This document shows, piece after piece, positions 11,542 through 24,274 of a stretch of 64,000 nt of DNA. A model generated the notes under the pieces. That model was not told the origin of the DNA and made no database searches. It was given only the letters and a program-made list of their open reading frames with translations. Where the stretch lies: positions 4,650,001-4,714,000 of the forward strand of contig JAWMAR010000070.1 in assembly GCA_036785375.1 (NCBI GenBank), written 5' to 3'. Position numbers and translations under genes: made by a program. The stretch is from Leucoraja ocellata (taxonomy: Eukaryota). How positions within the stretch are numbered: the stretch's first letter is position 1; every line of letters starts with the position of its first letter.

Positions 11542-11812
11542 AACTTGAATAAACTTATGAAGGAATGATGAATGAATGATGAATGAATAGGTTTATGAAT
11601 GAATAGGTTTATTGACCAAGTATTCACATACAAGGAATTTGCCTTGGTGCTCCGCACGCAATTGCAATGTGACACACAGTGACATTATGAATGACACCTA
11701 AAACATTAAACATTAACAATAACATATATTTTTATAACAGAACCAATGACAACCACACTATCTCCAATTACAAAATTGATATCAACAGTATTCAAAACAA
11801 ATATAGTGCAAG
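11542..11812 (+). pseudogene. Orphan stalk-like exon relic downstream of gene A (copy at about 41607-41870 downstream of gene C)
   Basis: The acceptor TATTTCCTTGCCTCAACAG resembles the stalk acceptors; the relic is interrupted by a (GAAT)n-type insertion; 11741-11812 reads EPMTTTLSPITKLISTVFKTNIVQ with an AAG|GTATAT donor. Confidence 0.4.
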
Positions 11813-14366
11813 GTATATTCTTCTCATAATTTTTTTTACGCACTGGAACTGAATCCATGTCGAGGACATTTGGTCGATTTTGTATTGTTTTGTATTGTAT
11901 TGTTAAACGCAAGCGTTTAGTGTGCTTGATTGTCATATCACGTCAACTAAGATGCCCCATCTACTCTAGTTCCTCCTGCCAGCGTTTGGTCCATCTCCTA
12001 CTAAACTAGTCCAATTCATGTAACTGTCCAAATGCCTTTAAAATGTTTTTGTAGCACCTGCCTCAACTACCTCATCAGTTAGCTCATTCCATACACCCAC
12101 AACTCACTGTGTAAAAAAATGATGCCCCTCAGGATCCTATGAAATATTTCCCCTTTCACCTGAAGCCTTGTCCCCTGGGTCTTGATTCCCCTGCTCTAGG
12201 TAAGATACTTGTTTCCCTTGTTACCCTTGTTTCCCTTTCCCCTAACTTTGTCTGAAGAAAGGTCTTGACTCAAAACATCACCTATTTCTTTACTCCAAAG
12301 ATGCTGCCTCACCCAATGAATAACTCTAGGTTTTTGAGTCAATCTTCGGTTTTAACGAGCATCTGCAGTTCCTTCATAGAAACATAGAAACATAGCATAA
12401 GGTGCAATAATAATTTAAAATATAAATAATACCAGGATCTGGTAACGGGGGGTATAAAATACATTAAAAAAAAAAAACACGGTTGGTATATCCTTTCTTG
12501 CGAGTTTTGTGTTACAATAGAGCGATTGTTTTTCCTTTTCTTTCTTTTCTTTTTAGGGTCTTATTTCCTTTCTTTACTTCCTTCTCTAACTTCTTCCCTA
12601 AGGGGCTTTCTTTTCCCAACACTTTCCTGCACCTTCACGATTCTTGCTCACTTTCCTTACTTCTTTTATTTCTATCTATTTTTAAAAATAACAAAAAAAA
12701 ATTAAAAAAATTAAAAATTGTTTTAAAAAAAAAAGAAAAGAAACATAGAAAATAGGTGCAGGAGTAGGCCATTCGGCCCTTCGAGCCTGCACCGCCATTC
12801 AATATGATCATGGCTGATCATCCAACTCAGTATCCTGTGCCTGCCATCTCTCCATACCCCATGATATCTTTAGCCACAAGGGCCACATCTAACTCCCTTT
12901 TAAATATAGCCAATGAACTGGCCTCAACAACCTCCTGTGGCACAGAATTCCAGAGATTCACCACTCTTTGTCACCTGCCCGCTGTTCCTGACGCTAAAGC
13001 CTTGGGATCGTTGCCCTTCGTGTTGGCATGGAGCGGGAGGGGAATATTGTGCTGTTTGGTCACCCCCTGCTAATCCCAGGGACAGGGAGACACAGCGGCT
13101 TTTGAGACTGGTGGGCAATCACTTCCAAAGTGGCTGCCCACAGTCAGTACACCTGTCCTACACTTGTCTCCCGCACTAAGATCATCCCGCAGAGAATGAT
13201 CCCAGCCTAACCCAAGAGCCATGTCACCCCAGACAGATTAAAGACGCCCGCCCCCTCTCACAGCGCCAGAGACCTAGATTCAATCCCGACTATGGGTGCT
13301 GTCCGTGCAGAGTTTGTACATTCTCCCTGCGACTGCATGGGTTTCCTCCGGGTGCTCCGGTTTCCTCCCACATCCCAAAGACGTACAGGTTTGTTGGTTG
13401 AATCCTTTGGTAAGAAAAATTGTAAACTGTTTCTAGAGTGTAGAATGGTGCTAGTGTGCGGGGTCATCGCTGGTCGGTGCGGACTTAGTGGGACAAAGGG
13501 CCTCTTTCCACAATTATCTCCAAAAGTAAAAAATAAAAAAATAAAAGGCTGGACTATATACATCAGTCAATGAAAATTGGATTACTTTTATTTTACACTC
13601 CAGACGTACAGGTATGTAGGTAAATTGGCTTGGTAAAAGTAAAAAAACTGTCCCTAGTGTGTGTAGGATAGTGTTAATGTGCAAGGATTGCTGATCGGCA
13701 TGGACTCGGTGGGCCGAAGGACCTGTTTACTAAACTAATCAGAACTAAATTTAACTGACTAAACAGAACTAAATCTAACTTTTATTAAACACCTTCGCTC
13801 GGTCCGCAAGAACCTACCTGACCTCCCGTGGCTCAACACTTCAACTCTCCCTCCCATTCCCATTCCGACCTCTCTGTCCTGGGTCTCCTCCATTGCCAGA
13901 GTGAGCAACACCGGAAATTGGAGGAACAGCACCTCATATTTCGCCTGGGGAGTCTGCATCCTGCGGGCATGAACATCGAATTCTTCCAATTTTGTCAGCC
14001 CTTGCTGTCTCCTCCCCTTCCCTCAGCCCTCGGGCTTCTCCTCCTCCTTTTTCCTTCCTTCTCCCCGCCACCCCCTATCAGTCTGAAGAAGGGTTTCGGC
14101 CCGAAACGTTGCCTATTTCCTTCGCTCCATAGATGCTGCTGCAGCCGCTGAGTTTCTCCACCATTTTTGTGTACCTTAAATTTAACTGAGACAACTTCAA
14201 ATTCTAAAGTTTCAGATTTTATCATGTCTCATTCTGGTTTCACAATCAGGTTTCCTGTTCCCTTCTTCCTCATTCTTAATACATGCCATATTTGTCAGAC
14301 CGTTCAGTCTGAGGACTAAGAACTGATCAGCAGGTCAGTGCTAACATGGTCTCCTTGGATAAAACT

Positions 14367-14403
14367 ATGTGGATTCCAATGCTGCTCATTTATTCCCTGC
14401 CCG
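14367..14403 (+). CDS. Gene B exon 1, signal peptide MWIPMLLIYSLP (upstream in-frame ATG at 14346)
   Basis: Copy of the gene A leader with a G|GTAAGT donor. Confidence 0.85.
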
Positions 14404-17400
14404 GTAAGTAACAGCTTGATTTGGACGGTCATGTGACCAGACTCTACGGGAAGTATGAGATAGTCACAACGTGCTGGAGTAACTCAGCGGGACAGGCTGA
14501 AGAAAAGTCTCGACCCGAAATGTCACCCATACCTTCTATCCAGTGATGCTGCCTGTCCCTCTGAGTTACTCCAGCATTTTGTGTCTATCTTCGGTGTAAA
14601 CCAGCATCTGCAGTTCCTTCCTTTACATATGCTGGAAATACTTAGCAGGTGTGCCGAGAAAAAGAGTTACCCTTTCAGATCAGAGATCCTTCGACCTAAA
14701 ACCTAACTTTATCTCTCCCCACAGATGCGCCCTGACCACCTGATTATTTTTTTGTTTTCGTGTTAGATTTTGTTAACCGCCATAGTTTTATTTTGATATT
14801 CATTTTGGTGATCAGAATGTAACTGGGTCTTGTGTACCATTTCTGCAGTGGAGATAGTTAAATGCTTGCAGATGTAAAGATAACTGAACAATATTGGGGC
14901 GTGGATCAAGAAAGAGGAACTCAGTGGGTCAGCCTGCATCTGTGAATGTGAAGAGGACCCTGTATCGGGACTGAGCAAGGGAGGCAGGAAAGGTTGAATC
15001 AGGATCGGCAGGTGGGCTTGTGTGTGAGGAGAACACCAGAGGGTGTGAATTACCCAAAATTGGAAAATGTAATGTTTGTACCATTGAGTTTTGAACTATC
15101 AATCAACATCTCATGTTCTGCTTGTGTATTCTCTATCAAACACATCCTCTTCATCCAGTTCCATCTTCCTCAACCAGCCCCAACCCTCCCACCCATTAGT
15201 ACATCTATATGTTGCCAAACATCTCTGTCTCCTCTCAGTCCTGATGCAGGGTCTCGATCTGAAAGAACAACTTACACTTTACTTTTTTGCCTTCAAACCT
15301 CCATGACCCACTGAGTCCTTTCAGTGTGCTGTTTGTTGTTCCAGATTCCAGCATCTGCAATCTCTTTTGTCTCAATATTAGAGTGTGGTCTTCCAATCTC
15401 CTCCTGTCTCCATCACTGTGCCACACATAAATCATGGCCGCCAATGTATCTGACAGCACAAAGCGACTGTGAATGAAAAACAGAGACAATTACAAGTGAC
15501 TGGGACAGTGGCACAGCGGTGCCTTACAGTACCAGAGACCTGGGTTCAATCCTAACTAAGGGGACTGTCTGTAGGGAGTTTGCACTTTCACCCTGTGACC
15601 GCATGGGTTTTTTACCCAGTCCCCTGGTTTCCTCCCACATCCCAAAGACGCACAGATTTGTAGGTTAATTGGCCTCTAAAAATAGGGAATAAGGACTATG
15701 TAAATTGTCCCTAGTGTACAAGATACTAGGTCAGCACGGTCACGTTGGGCCAAAGGGCCAGTTTCCATGCTCTATCTTAAACTAAACTAAACTAAAGTAA
15801 CGGTGTCAAAGTGCAAAGGGACCCTGTCTATTCATGAAACATTGTTTTATTGCTTGCTTGCACTCACTAACAGCAGCCAAGCAATAATGCCAAAACAATT
15901 GTCTCCATTTTACAACACTTCCTCTTATTTAAAGTTCAGATGTTGTTTGACGTCCAGTTCCTCTTGGGCTGTGGGTTGCTCTTGCAATGTAACCATTTCC
16001 TTCTTGTTCTTGGACATCAACTATGCATATTTGTCAAAGTCATCAGCATGCAATATTAATAATTTATTGTTACCAAGTAAATTCTTTTTTTCAATGTTAT
16101 CACTGATGCTCAGATGCAGGTGAAGGCCAACATTAACTGTCTTCATTCACCAGATCATTTCCGGTAATCTAGTATCATTGCTTTACTAGTTTAGTTTAGT
16201 TTAGTCCAAAGAAGTCCAATTATTGATTGTTCAAGGGGGTAAATAGGAGGCCAGGACTGCGCTCTAGCTACTGAGAGGATGGGTCAGTTGCCTGATAACA
16301 GTTGGTAAGAAAACTGTCTCTGAATCTAGAGCATTGGGTTCAAACTTCTGTTCCTCGTGCCTAATGGTAGACAGGTAAAGAAGGAGTGACTGAGATGAAA
16401 CTGCTCCATGATTATGCTGGTGGCCTTGCAAGGCAGCGTGAAGTGTAGGTGACTATTTCCTTGTTTATAGATGGGGATGATGGCAAATAAGGTTTACCCT
16501 CCATAAAACAGGCCAACGATATACGTGCATTTGGGGGATAAGGTTGTTGTAGGGATCCACAAGCCTCAGTACTCATCAATAGACAATAGGTGCAGGAGTA
16601 GGCCATTCGGCCCTTCGAGCTAGCACTGCCATGTAAGATTATTGTAAAATTATTTTAAGATTATTAAGGGTTTGGTCACGCTAGAGGCAGGAAACATGTT
16701 TCCGATGTTGGGGGAGTCCAGAACCAGGAGCTACAGTTTAAGAATAAGGGGTAAGCCATTTAGAACGGAGATGATCAGCCATGATCACATTGAATGGCGG
16801 TGCTGGCTCGAAGGGCCAAATGCCCTACTCCTGCACCTATTGTCTATTGTCCATTGTTTATTGAATGCGATCATGCTTGATCATCCCCAATCAGTACCCC
16901 TTTCCTGCCTTCTCCCCATATCCCCTAACTATTATCTTTAAGAGCCCTATCTAGCTCTCTCTTGCAAGTTTCCAGAGAATGGGCAGAGAATTCCACATAC
17001 TCACAACTCTCTGTGTTTCCTTGTCTCCGTTCTAAATGGCTTACCCCTTATTCTTAAACTGTGGCCCCTGGTTCTGGACTCCCCCAACATCGGGAACATG
17101 TTTCCTGTCTCTAGTGTCTCAGCATCCATAGTCAGGATCAAACCCGGGTCCTTGGCGCTGTAAGGCAGCCACTCTTCTGCTGTGCTACTGTGCTGCCCAA
17201 CTGGTGTAAACAGTTAGGACCAAAGAACTGCAGGTGCTGGTTTGTACCAAAGATAGAAACAAAGTGCTGGAGTAACTTAGAAGGGTGTCTGAAGAAGGGT
17301 CCCAATCCCGAAACATCACGCATTCTATTTCTCCAGACATGCTGCCTGACCCGCTGAGTTACTCCAGCACCTTGTGTCTATCTTTAGTGTGAAGAGGACT

Positions 17401-18058
17401 CGATGGGCCAAAGGGCACCTTTCCATGCTGTATTTTTCAATCAATTCAATCAATAGAAAAATATCTTATGATCATTAAATTCTCCAATTTTACATTGCAC
17501 ATCCCCCTACCCTCTCTCACTTTCCTGTGCACCATTTAACCCATGCCTCTTCCTCCCTTTCACCCTGTCCCCTACCAAATATACCCCTCCCTCTGTCTTT
17601 ACATTTCGCTTCTCATCTCTCCTCATCTGACAACCTTTTCACCGCTTTTCACCTCCAGTCTTTGTCCACTCGTGAACCAGTCAAAATTCCCCCCTCATCT
17701 GTATCCACTTGTTGTGCTGCCTGTCCCGCTGAGTTACTCCAGCAATTTGTGTCTACCTTCCACCTGTCACTTGCCAGGCTTTATCCCATCTCCACCTCTC
17801 TTCCAGCTTTCCCCACCCTACTTTAATCAGTCTGAAGCAGGGTCCCAACCCGACACGTCACGTGTCCATTCCCTCCACAGATGCTGCCAGATCTGCTGAG
17901 TTACACGGGCACTTTGTGCTTGGCTCAAGGGTAAGTGAATGTCCACACACGGGTTGGACCATTCGGCCCATCGTTGATTAGGGGATGAGTGGATGGGACA
18001 ACAAACGCTGTGTTAAGTAGATTTGTCCTGTACATGTTCTGATGATTTTTCTTCTCAG

Positions 18059-18376
18059 TTTCAGGTGCTCTGACGGCAAATACACCTGTAAGAGGAGTTG
18101 TGGGGAAAAATATCACAATCGATTGTTACTATGTAGCACGGTACCGTTCACACACAAAATACTGGTGTCATGGGTGGACTCGCTCGTGTTCAGTTGTAGT
18201 GAAAACAAATGGGCAACACAGACGTGGAAGAGCGTCAATCACAGATAACCCGGCACAAGGAATATTTACTGTGACTGTGGAGGATTTTCTCTCTAGCGAT
18301 ACAGGATGGTACAGCTGTGGAATTGATACATCTGGCTTGGATCCATTGTTTAACGTTCAGGTCCAAGTATCTGACG
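18059..18376 (+). CDS. Gene B exon 2, CD300/pIgR-like Ig V domain
   Basis: 318 nt with the same splice sites as the gene A V exon; KYWCHGWTRSC and DTGWYSCG motifs. Confidence 0.93.
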
Positions 18377-19717
18377 GTACGTTTTACATTTATACCAAGC
18401 CAATTAACCTGTAAACCTGTACGTCTTTGGAGTGTGGGGGGAAACCGACGTTTTCAGAGAAACCCCACGCAGGTCACAGGGAGAATGTACAAACTCCAGA
18501 CAGACAGACAGACAAGTACCCGTGGTCATGATCGAACCCGGGTCCCTGGCGCTGTAAGGCAGCAATTCTACAACTGCGCCACCGTGCCGCCCTTAATGAT
18601 GCACCATAGGGATCAGTGCCGGGATCTTTGCTGTTTGGCCGAATTCTGTTCTTACCCCTCCTGGGAGTGTGCAGATGATGCCCCTGGATCTTGAATAATG
18701 ATGAAACGGCAAACAGGGAAATGTCTTTTATTGTGTTGGAAAGAACTGCAGATGCTGTTTTAATCGAACATAGACACACAATCTATAGAGCAGATAGATG
18801 CGTCACTGGGTGGCGCCGAGATGGCAGCCTCGCCAGCAGCCTGTGTGTTAGTTCGACTTTTTTGTTATTTTCAGTCTGTCTAAAATGTATGTTTTAATGT
18901 TTCTCTGTGTTTTTTAATGTGGGGGGTGAGGGGAGGGGGGGGTGAGGGGAGGGGGGGGGGGGGGGTGAGGGGAGGGGGGGGGGGGGGTGAGGGGAGGCCG
19001 AAACCGTTTTCAGTCACTTACCGCAACAGAGATGTGATCTTTCCCCGTGTCACGTCTCCGTCCCCTCCCCGCGGACTAACAAGTGGATGGATGCGGCCTT
19101 TCCTGGAGACCGGGCTGGATCTTCGCCGCAAGGGCGACGCGGACTTTAACATTGCGGAGCTGTGATCCTTTGCTGAGGATCGCTGTGGAAGCTCCCCGAC
19201 CGCGGGGCTTGTGGACTTTAATACCGTGAAGCCGCGGAGTGTTTCCGTTCCGCCCCGACGCCGGAGTCTCCATCATCCCGACGAGAGGGCTTGAACATCG
19301 GGCCGTCGGCAGTGGCAGTGCTGAGGGTTCAAGGCCCCGACCACCACGGGTAAACAAAGGAGGAAGATGACTGAACCTTGTTGCCTTCCATCACAGTGAG
19401 GAATGATGATTCCACTGTGGTGGATGTTTATGTTAAAACTATTGTGTATTGCATTATGTTTTTAAACTGGTATGGCTGTATGATAACTCAAATACCACTG
19501 TACCTTAATTGGTGCACGTGACAATATGCGAACATGAACTTGAAATGTTGGAGTATCTCAGCGGGACAGGCAGACAGGGTGATGTGTCGGCCCGAGACCC
19601 ATCCTCAGACCCAAAACTTCACCCATTCCTTCTCTCCAGAGATGCTGCCTGTCCCGCTGAGTTACTCCAGCATATTTTGTCTATCTTTAATTGTCTTTTA
19701 TTTCCTTTTCTCAACAG

Positions 19718-19823
19718 AACCTGAACCTAATCCTGGATCGTCAACAACAACAACAGTAGCATTTACTTCAACTACAAAAGTAACATCCGAAAACAATGAT
19801 CGTGCGACCAGTTCCTCTAACAG
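19718..19823 (+). CDS. Gene B exon 3, mucin-like stalk
   Basis: Near-identical to the gene A stalk exon; CAACAG acceptor and AG|GTATAA donor. Confidence 0.85.
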
Positions 19824-20869
19824 GTATAATTTTCACTTGCTTAAGTTTTGATTGGCCTTGCTTTTCAATATGAGAGGTGGAGACACAAGGAACTGTTGAT
19901 CCATACATAGATACATAGATGGATAGACAATAGTGCAGGAGAAGTCCATTCTGCCCTTCGAACCAGCACCGCCATTCAATGTGATCATGGTTGACCATCC
20001 ACAATCAGTACCCCGTTCCTGCCTTGTCCCCATATCCCATGATTCCGCTAGCACTAAGAACTATGTCTAATTATCTTTTGAATGTATCCAGTGAATCGGC
20101 CTGCACTGCCTTACGAGGTAAAGAATTCCCCAGATTCACAACTCCCTGGGTGAAAAGTTTTCCTCAACTCAGTTCTAAATGGCCCACCCCTTATTCTTAA
20201 ACTGTGGCCCCTGGTTCTGGACTTCCACAACATCGGGAACATGTTTCCTGCATCTCGCGTGTCCCATCCCTTAATAATTTTATATGTGTCTATAAGATAT
20301 CCTCTCATCCTTCTAAATTCCAGTGAATACAAGCCCAGTCGCTACATTCTTTCATCATATGACAGTCCCGCCATCCCGGGAATTAACCTGGCTGGATGCT
20401 GGATCCTTGAGTAGAACACAAAGTACTGTAGTAACTCTAGGTTGTCGAGGGTGGCATGGTGGTGCAGCGGTAGAGTCGCTGCCTTACAATGCCAGAGAGT
20501 CATAATCAAGGACCACTCACCCCAGTCACTCCCTCTTCTTCCCCTCTCCCATCAGGGACATTTTCTTCCCAGCAGTTACCAGGCAACTGAACCATCCCCT
20601 CACCAGCTAGAGAGCGACCCTGACCTCCCATCTACCTCATTGGAGACGTTCCAACTATCTTTAATCAGACTTTATTGGACTCTATCTTACACTAAACATT
20701 CTACCCTTTATCACAAATCTATATGCTGTGACAGCTTGATTGTAATCGTGTCTAGTCTTTTCGCTGACTGGATAACACACAACCAAAAGCTTTTCACTGA
20801 ACCACGATGCACGTGACTATAATAAACTAAACTAAATTAACGAAACAACAGTTAAACTTGGCAGGACAT

Positions 20870-21716
20870 TGACACCCACCACTAGCCACATCTCCCCATC
20901 TCCACCCCTTTCTGCTTTCTGCAGAGACCGTTCCCTCCGCATCTCCCTGGTTAACTCATCCCTTCCCACCAAACTACCGCCTCCCCAAGTACTTTCACCT
21001 GCAACTGCAGGAGATGCAACACCTGTCCCTATACCTCGCCCCTCGAATCCGTCCAAGGACCCTGACAGTCTTTTCAGGTGAGGTAGGGGTTCACTTGCAG
21101 CTCCTCCAACCTCATCTACAGTTGCAGGTGTGGACTCCTATATATCGGCAAGAATACGCACAGGCTTGGCGATCGTTTCACTGATCTCCTTCGCTCAGTC
21201 CGCTTAAGCCTAGCTGACCGTCCGGTGGTGAACACTTTAACTCCCCCTCCCATTCCCACGCTTACATTTCTGTCCTGGGCCTCCTCCTTTATCAGCGAAA
21301 ATTAGGGGTAACAGCACCTCGTATTGGGCAGCTTCCACCCCAGCTGTATGAATATTGACTTCTCCAACTATAAGTATCCCTTGATTTCCCTGACTCCATC
21401 CCATTCCCTTTCCAGTACTCCGACCAGTCTGACTCTGCCCAATTATATTTTATCTTTGTTTATTTTGTTGTTACCGTCTCCCAGCTAACAATGATCTATT
21501 CTACATTTTCCTTGATCTCCACCCTCTTTGTTTCATTTTCACACCTTACACTTCCTTATCTCTGTATCTCCTTCTCCCCTGAAGGAGGGTCTCAATCCCA
21601 AATGTCATCCATTCCTTCTCTCCAGAGATGCTGCCTCTCCCGCCGAGTTACTCCAGCATTTTGTGTCTATCTTCTTCGGTTTAAACCAGCATCTGCAGTT
21701 CCTTCCTACACTTATT
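20870..21716 (+). mobile_element. Degenerate Penelope-like element in the gene B stalk-TM intron
   Basis: Decayed GIY-YIG region similar to 31918-32378, followed by the terminal repeat. Confidence 0.65.
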
Positions 21717-22424
21717 GACTGTCCACTGGTTTTGAACAAGGGGTGTTTCCTTTGTAAATCTGTAAGCTGTGAGCATTTGTAAACCAATCGGCAGATATAT
21801 CGACCACGGACAATGCCACTGGCCAGATCTCACACACAATTAGTTTAGTTTTACTTTAGTTTAGAGATACAGCATGGTAACAAATCCTTCGTTCCTCCGA
21901 GTCCACGCTGTCCGTCGATCACCCTTTTATATTAGATCTATGTGATCAAGCTTTTTCATCCACTCGCTACAAATTAAGGACAATTTACCAAGGCCAATTA
22001 ACCCACAAACCCGCACGTCTTTGTGATGTGGGAGGAAACCGGAGCACCCGGAGAAAACCCACTTCATCACAGGGAGAACATGCAAACTCCTTACAGACAG
22101 CACCTGTAGTCTGGATTGAACCTGGGTCTCTGGCGCTGTAAGGCATCAACTCCATGCTGTGCTACTGTTGGGTTGAGTTGGGTTTATTCTTTATCCAACA
22201 TCACAATCATTGGTCGTTATCGCACTGCTGTTTGTGGAACTTGCTGTGGGCAGATTGGCTTTGGTGTTTACCACATTACAGCAATGTGTGCACTCCATTG
22301 ACTGGGCTTGACTTATCCTGAGCTCATGAAAGATACCCTGCAGATGTTAGACTTTTGTTCTTTACCAAAGGATAGGAATCAATGATGAAACAAGAGTAAC
22401 CTTTTTGCTTTCTCTGTCCCATAG

Positions 22425-22510
22425 ACCCATAATTTACCTCAGTATTGCTGGAGTTCTTCTCGTGGTGATATTTGCTGGTCTACTTTGGTGCCTAATGTGT
22501 AGACAAAGGA
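22425..22510 (+). CDS. Gene B exon 4, uncharged transmembrane exon (RPIIYLSIAGVLLVVIFAGLLWCLMCRQR)
   Basis: TCTCTGTCCCATAG acceptor, phase 2 in; A|GTGAGT donor; hydrophobic run followed by a basic stop-transfer sequence. Confidence 0.88.
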
Positions 22511-23371
22511 GTGAGTTTCTATGTTTCCTTCATCCTTTCATGATGTATGTTATCATTTCCTGCAGAGAGGGAGAGAGATACAGCACTGAAACAGGCCCTT
22601 TATCAACCATCTCTTTATTCCAGTCCTACAATAATCTTATCCAGTCTGAAGAAGGGTCCCGGCCTGAAATGTCACCCACCCTTTTCGTCCAGAGATGCTG
22701 CCTGATCCATTGAGTTACTACTTTGTATCTATCTTTGATGTAAACTAGCATTCTTAACAGTCATTCCTAACTGTCACTGTTTGTCGTTGTCACTTGCGGG
22801 GGCGGAGCACCAAGGCAAATTCCTTGTATGTGAATACTTGGCCAATAAACTTATTCATTAATTCATTAATCTGCAGGTCCTTTCTACACACTAATTTTAT
22901 CCAACTTTGTTCTCTCCATGTTGTTATCAATTCCCCCAAGATTCTACCCCTCGCCTACACACTAGGGGCTATTTACAGTGGGAATTAACCTACAGGCGTG
23001 CATGTCTTTAGGATGTAGGGGGAAACGGAGCACCCAGAGGTAACCCACCTAGTTGGGCTTGTGGTTCTCATGAATAAAAGTGTAGGAAGGAACTGCAGAT
23101 GCTGGTTATACACCTAAGACAGATTGAAGATGCTGGAGTAAATCAGCAAGATAGGCATCTCTGGAGAGAACGGTCTGAAGAAGGGTCTCAACCTGAAACG
23201 CCATCCATTTCTTCTCTCCGGAGATGCTGCCTGTCCCACTAAGTTACTCCAGCATTTTGTGTCCATCTTCGGTTTAAACCAGCATCTGCAGTTCCTCCCT
23301 ACTCTATATGCATCAAGATGGCTGGTTAAAAATGTCCCTGACATGTTCAATGTTAACATTGTGTTTTCCAG

Positions 23372-23418
23372 AATCAGAAGGGAACAAACCTCCCAGAGCA
23401 AATAACAATGAAATGCAG
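23372..23418 (+). CDS. Gene B exon 5, membrane-proximal cytoplasmic exon (KSEGNKPPRANNNEMQ)
   Basis: TTTTCCAG acceptor and CAG|GTAAAG donor; phase 1 in and phase 0 out exactly bridges exon 4 and exon 6. Confidence 0.75.
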
Positions 23419-24013
23419 GTAAAGACGGCAAAGTATGAATTCTCCGTGGATTGAGAACTTACAAAATTCTGTAATCCAACCTCACTAATCAAGTCACTAA
23501 TCTGCTTCAATGGTTCTATGGTTCCTTTATCATCAAACGCATCAAGATGCATCAAGGTTATTTTATGCATACAGATCAGACGATTATTTCAAAGGAACAG
23601 GGTTCTAATTTTGGATGATCAGCCATGATCACATACACAGCGTTCCATACACCCACCACACTTTGTGTAGAAAGTTACCCCTTGGGTTCCTATTAAATCT
23701 TTCCCCCCCTCATCATAAACCTATATCATCTGGTTCTCGATTCTTCTACTCTAGACAAAAGGCTCTGTGCGTCTACCCGATCTTTTCCTCTCATGATTTT
23801 GTACACCTCTATCAGATCACCCCTCATCCTCCTGCACTCCAAGCGTCCTGGCCTGCTCAACCTCTCTCTATAATTCATGCCCACGAGTCTGGGCAACATC
23901 CTTGCAAATCTTCTCCGCACCCTTTCCAACTTGACAGCATCTTTCCTATGACATGGTGACTAAAACTGAACACAAATCATCAGACAAACCTTGGTTCCTC
24001 TTTTGTTTTTCAG

Positions 24014-24274
24014 GGTTTGCCAGCAGGAAAACGGAGCATCGTTTATGCAACACTGTCAGACATTCGAAGCAACAAGGAAGCTGCCCATTGTTCTAATCAA
24101 TATCAAACTGTGTATGCAGAAGTGCAAGTTCAAAGCAAATCGACAGGGTCTCACTCCAGTACTGGGGAGGACAATGTCACCTATTCAGAAGTTACATCTC
24201 AAAGCGTCAGCCAGATTGCCCGTCAGAAAGCTCCTTCTCCTGTGCAGAGTATTTATGCCACTGTGACTTCTTAG
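24014..24274 (+). CDS. Gene B terminal exon, inhibitory tail with IVYATL, TVYAEV, VTYSEV and SIYATV
   Basis: TTTTTCAG acceptor, phase 0; ORF 24017-24274 carries four ITIM/ITSM-consensus tyrosine motifs, then TAG. Confidence 0.9.
   Translation, partial: GLPAGKRSIVYATLSDIRSNKEAAHCSNQYQTVYAEVQVQSKSTGSHSSTGEDNVTYSEVTSQSVSQIARQKAPSPVQSIYATVTS

Larger units (their letters stand above)
9182..12375 (+). repeat. Segmental duplicate of 39244-42500 (TM, tail and 3' flank of genes A/C)
   Basis: Starts CATCTGATCACATAGGATTTAAGGCACAG in both copies and stays colinear to GCATCTGCAGTTCCTTC. Confidence 0.92.

Noticed and set aside
243-12375. Gene A as a purely artefactual haplotype duplicate
   Set aside because: It is a mosaic of two different genes, has private TE insertions with TSDs and 18 amino-acid differences in V. 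An artefact is unlikely, though long reads are needed to exclude it.
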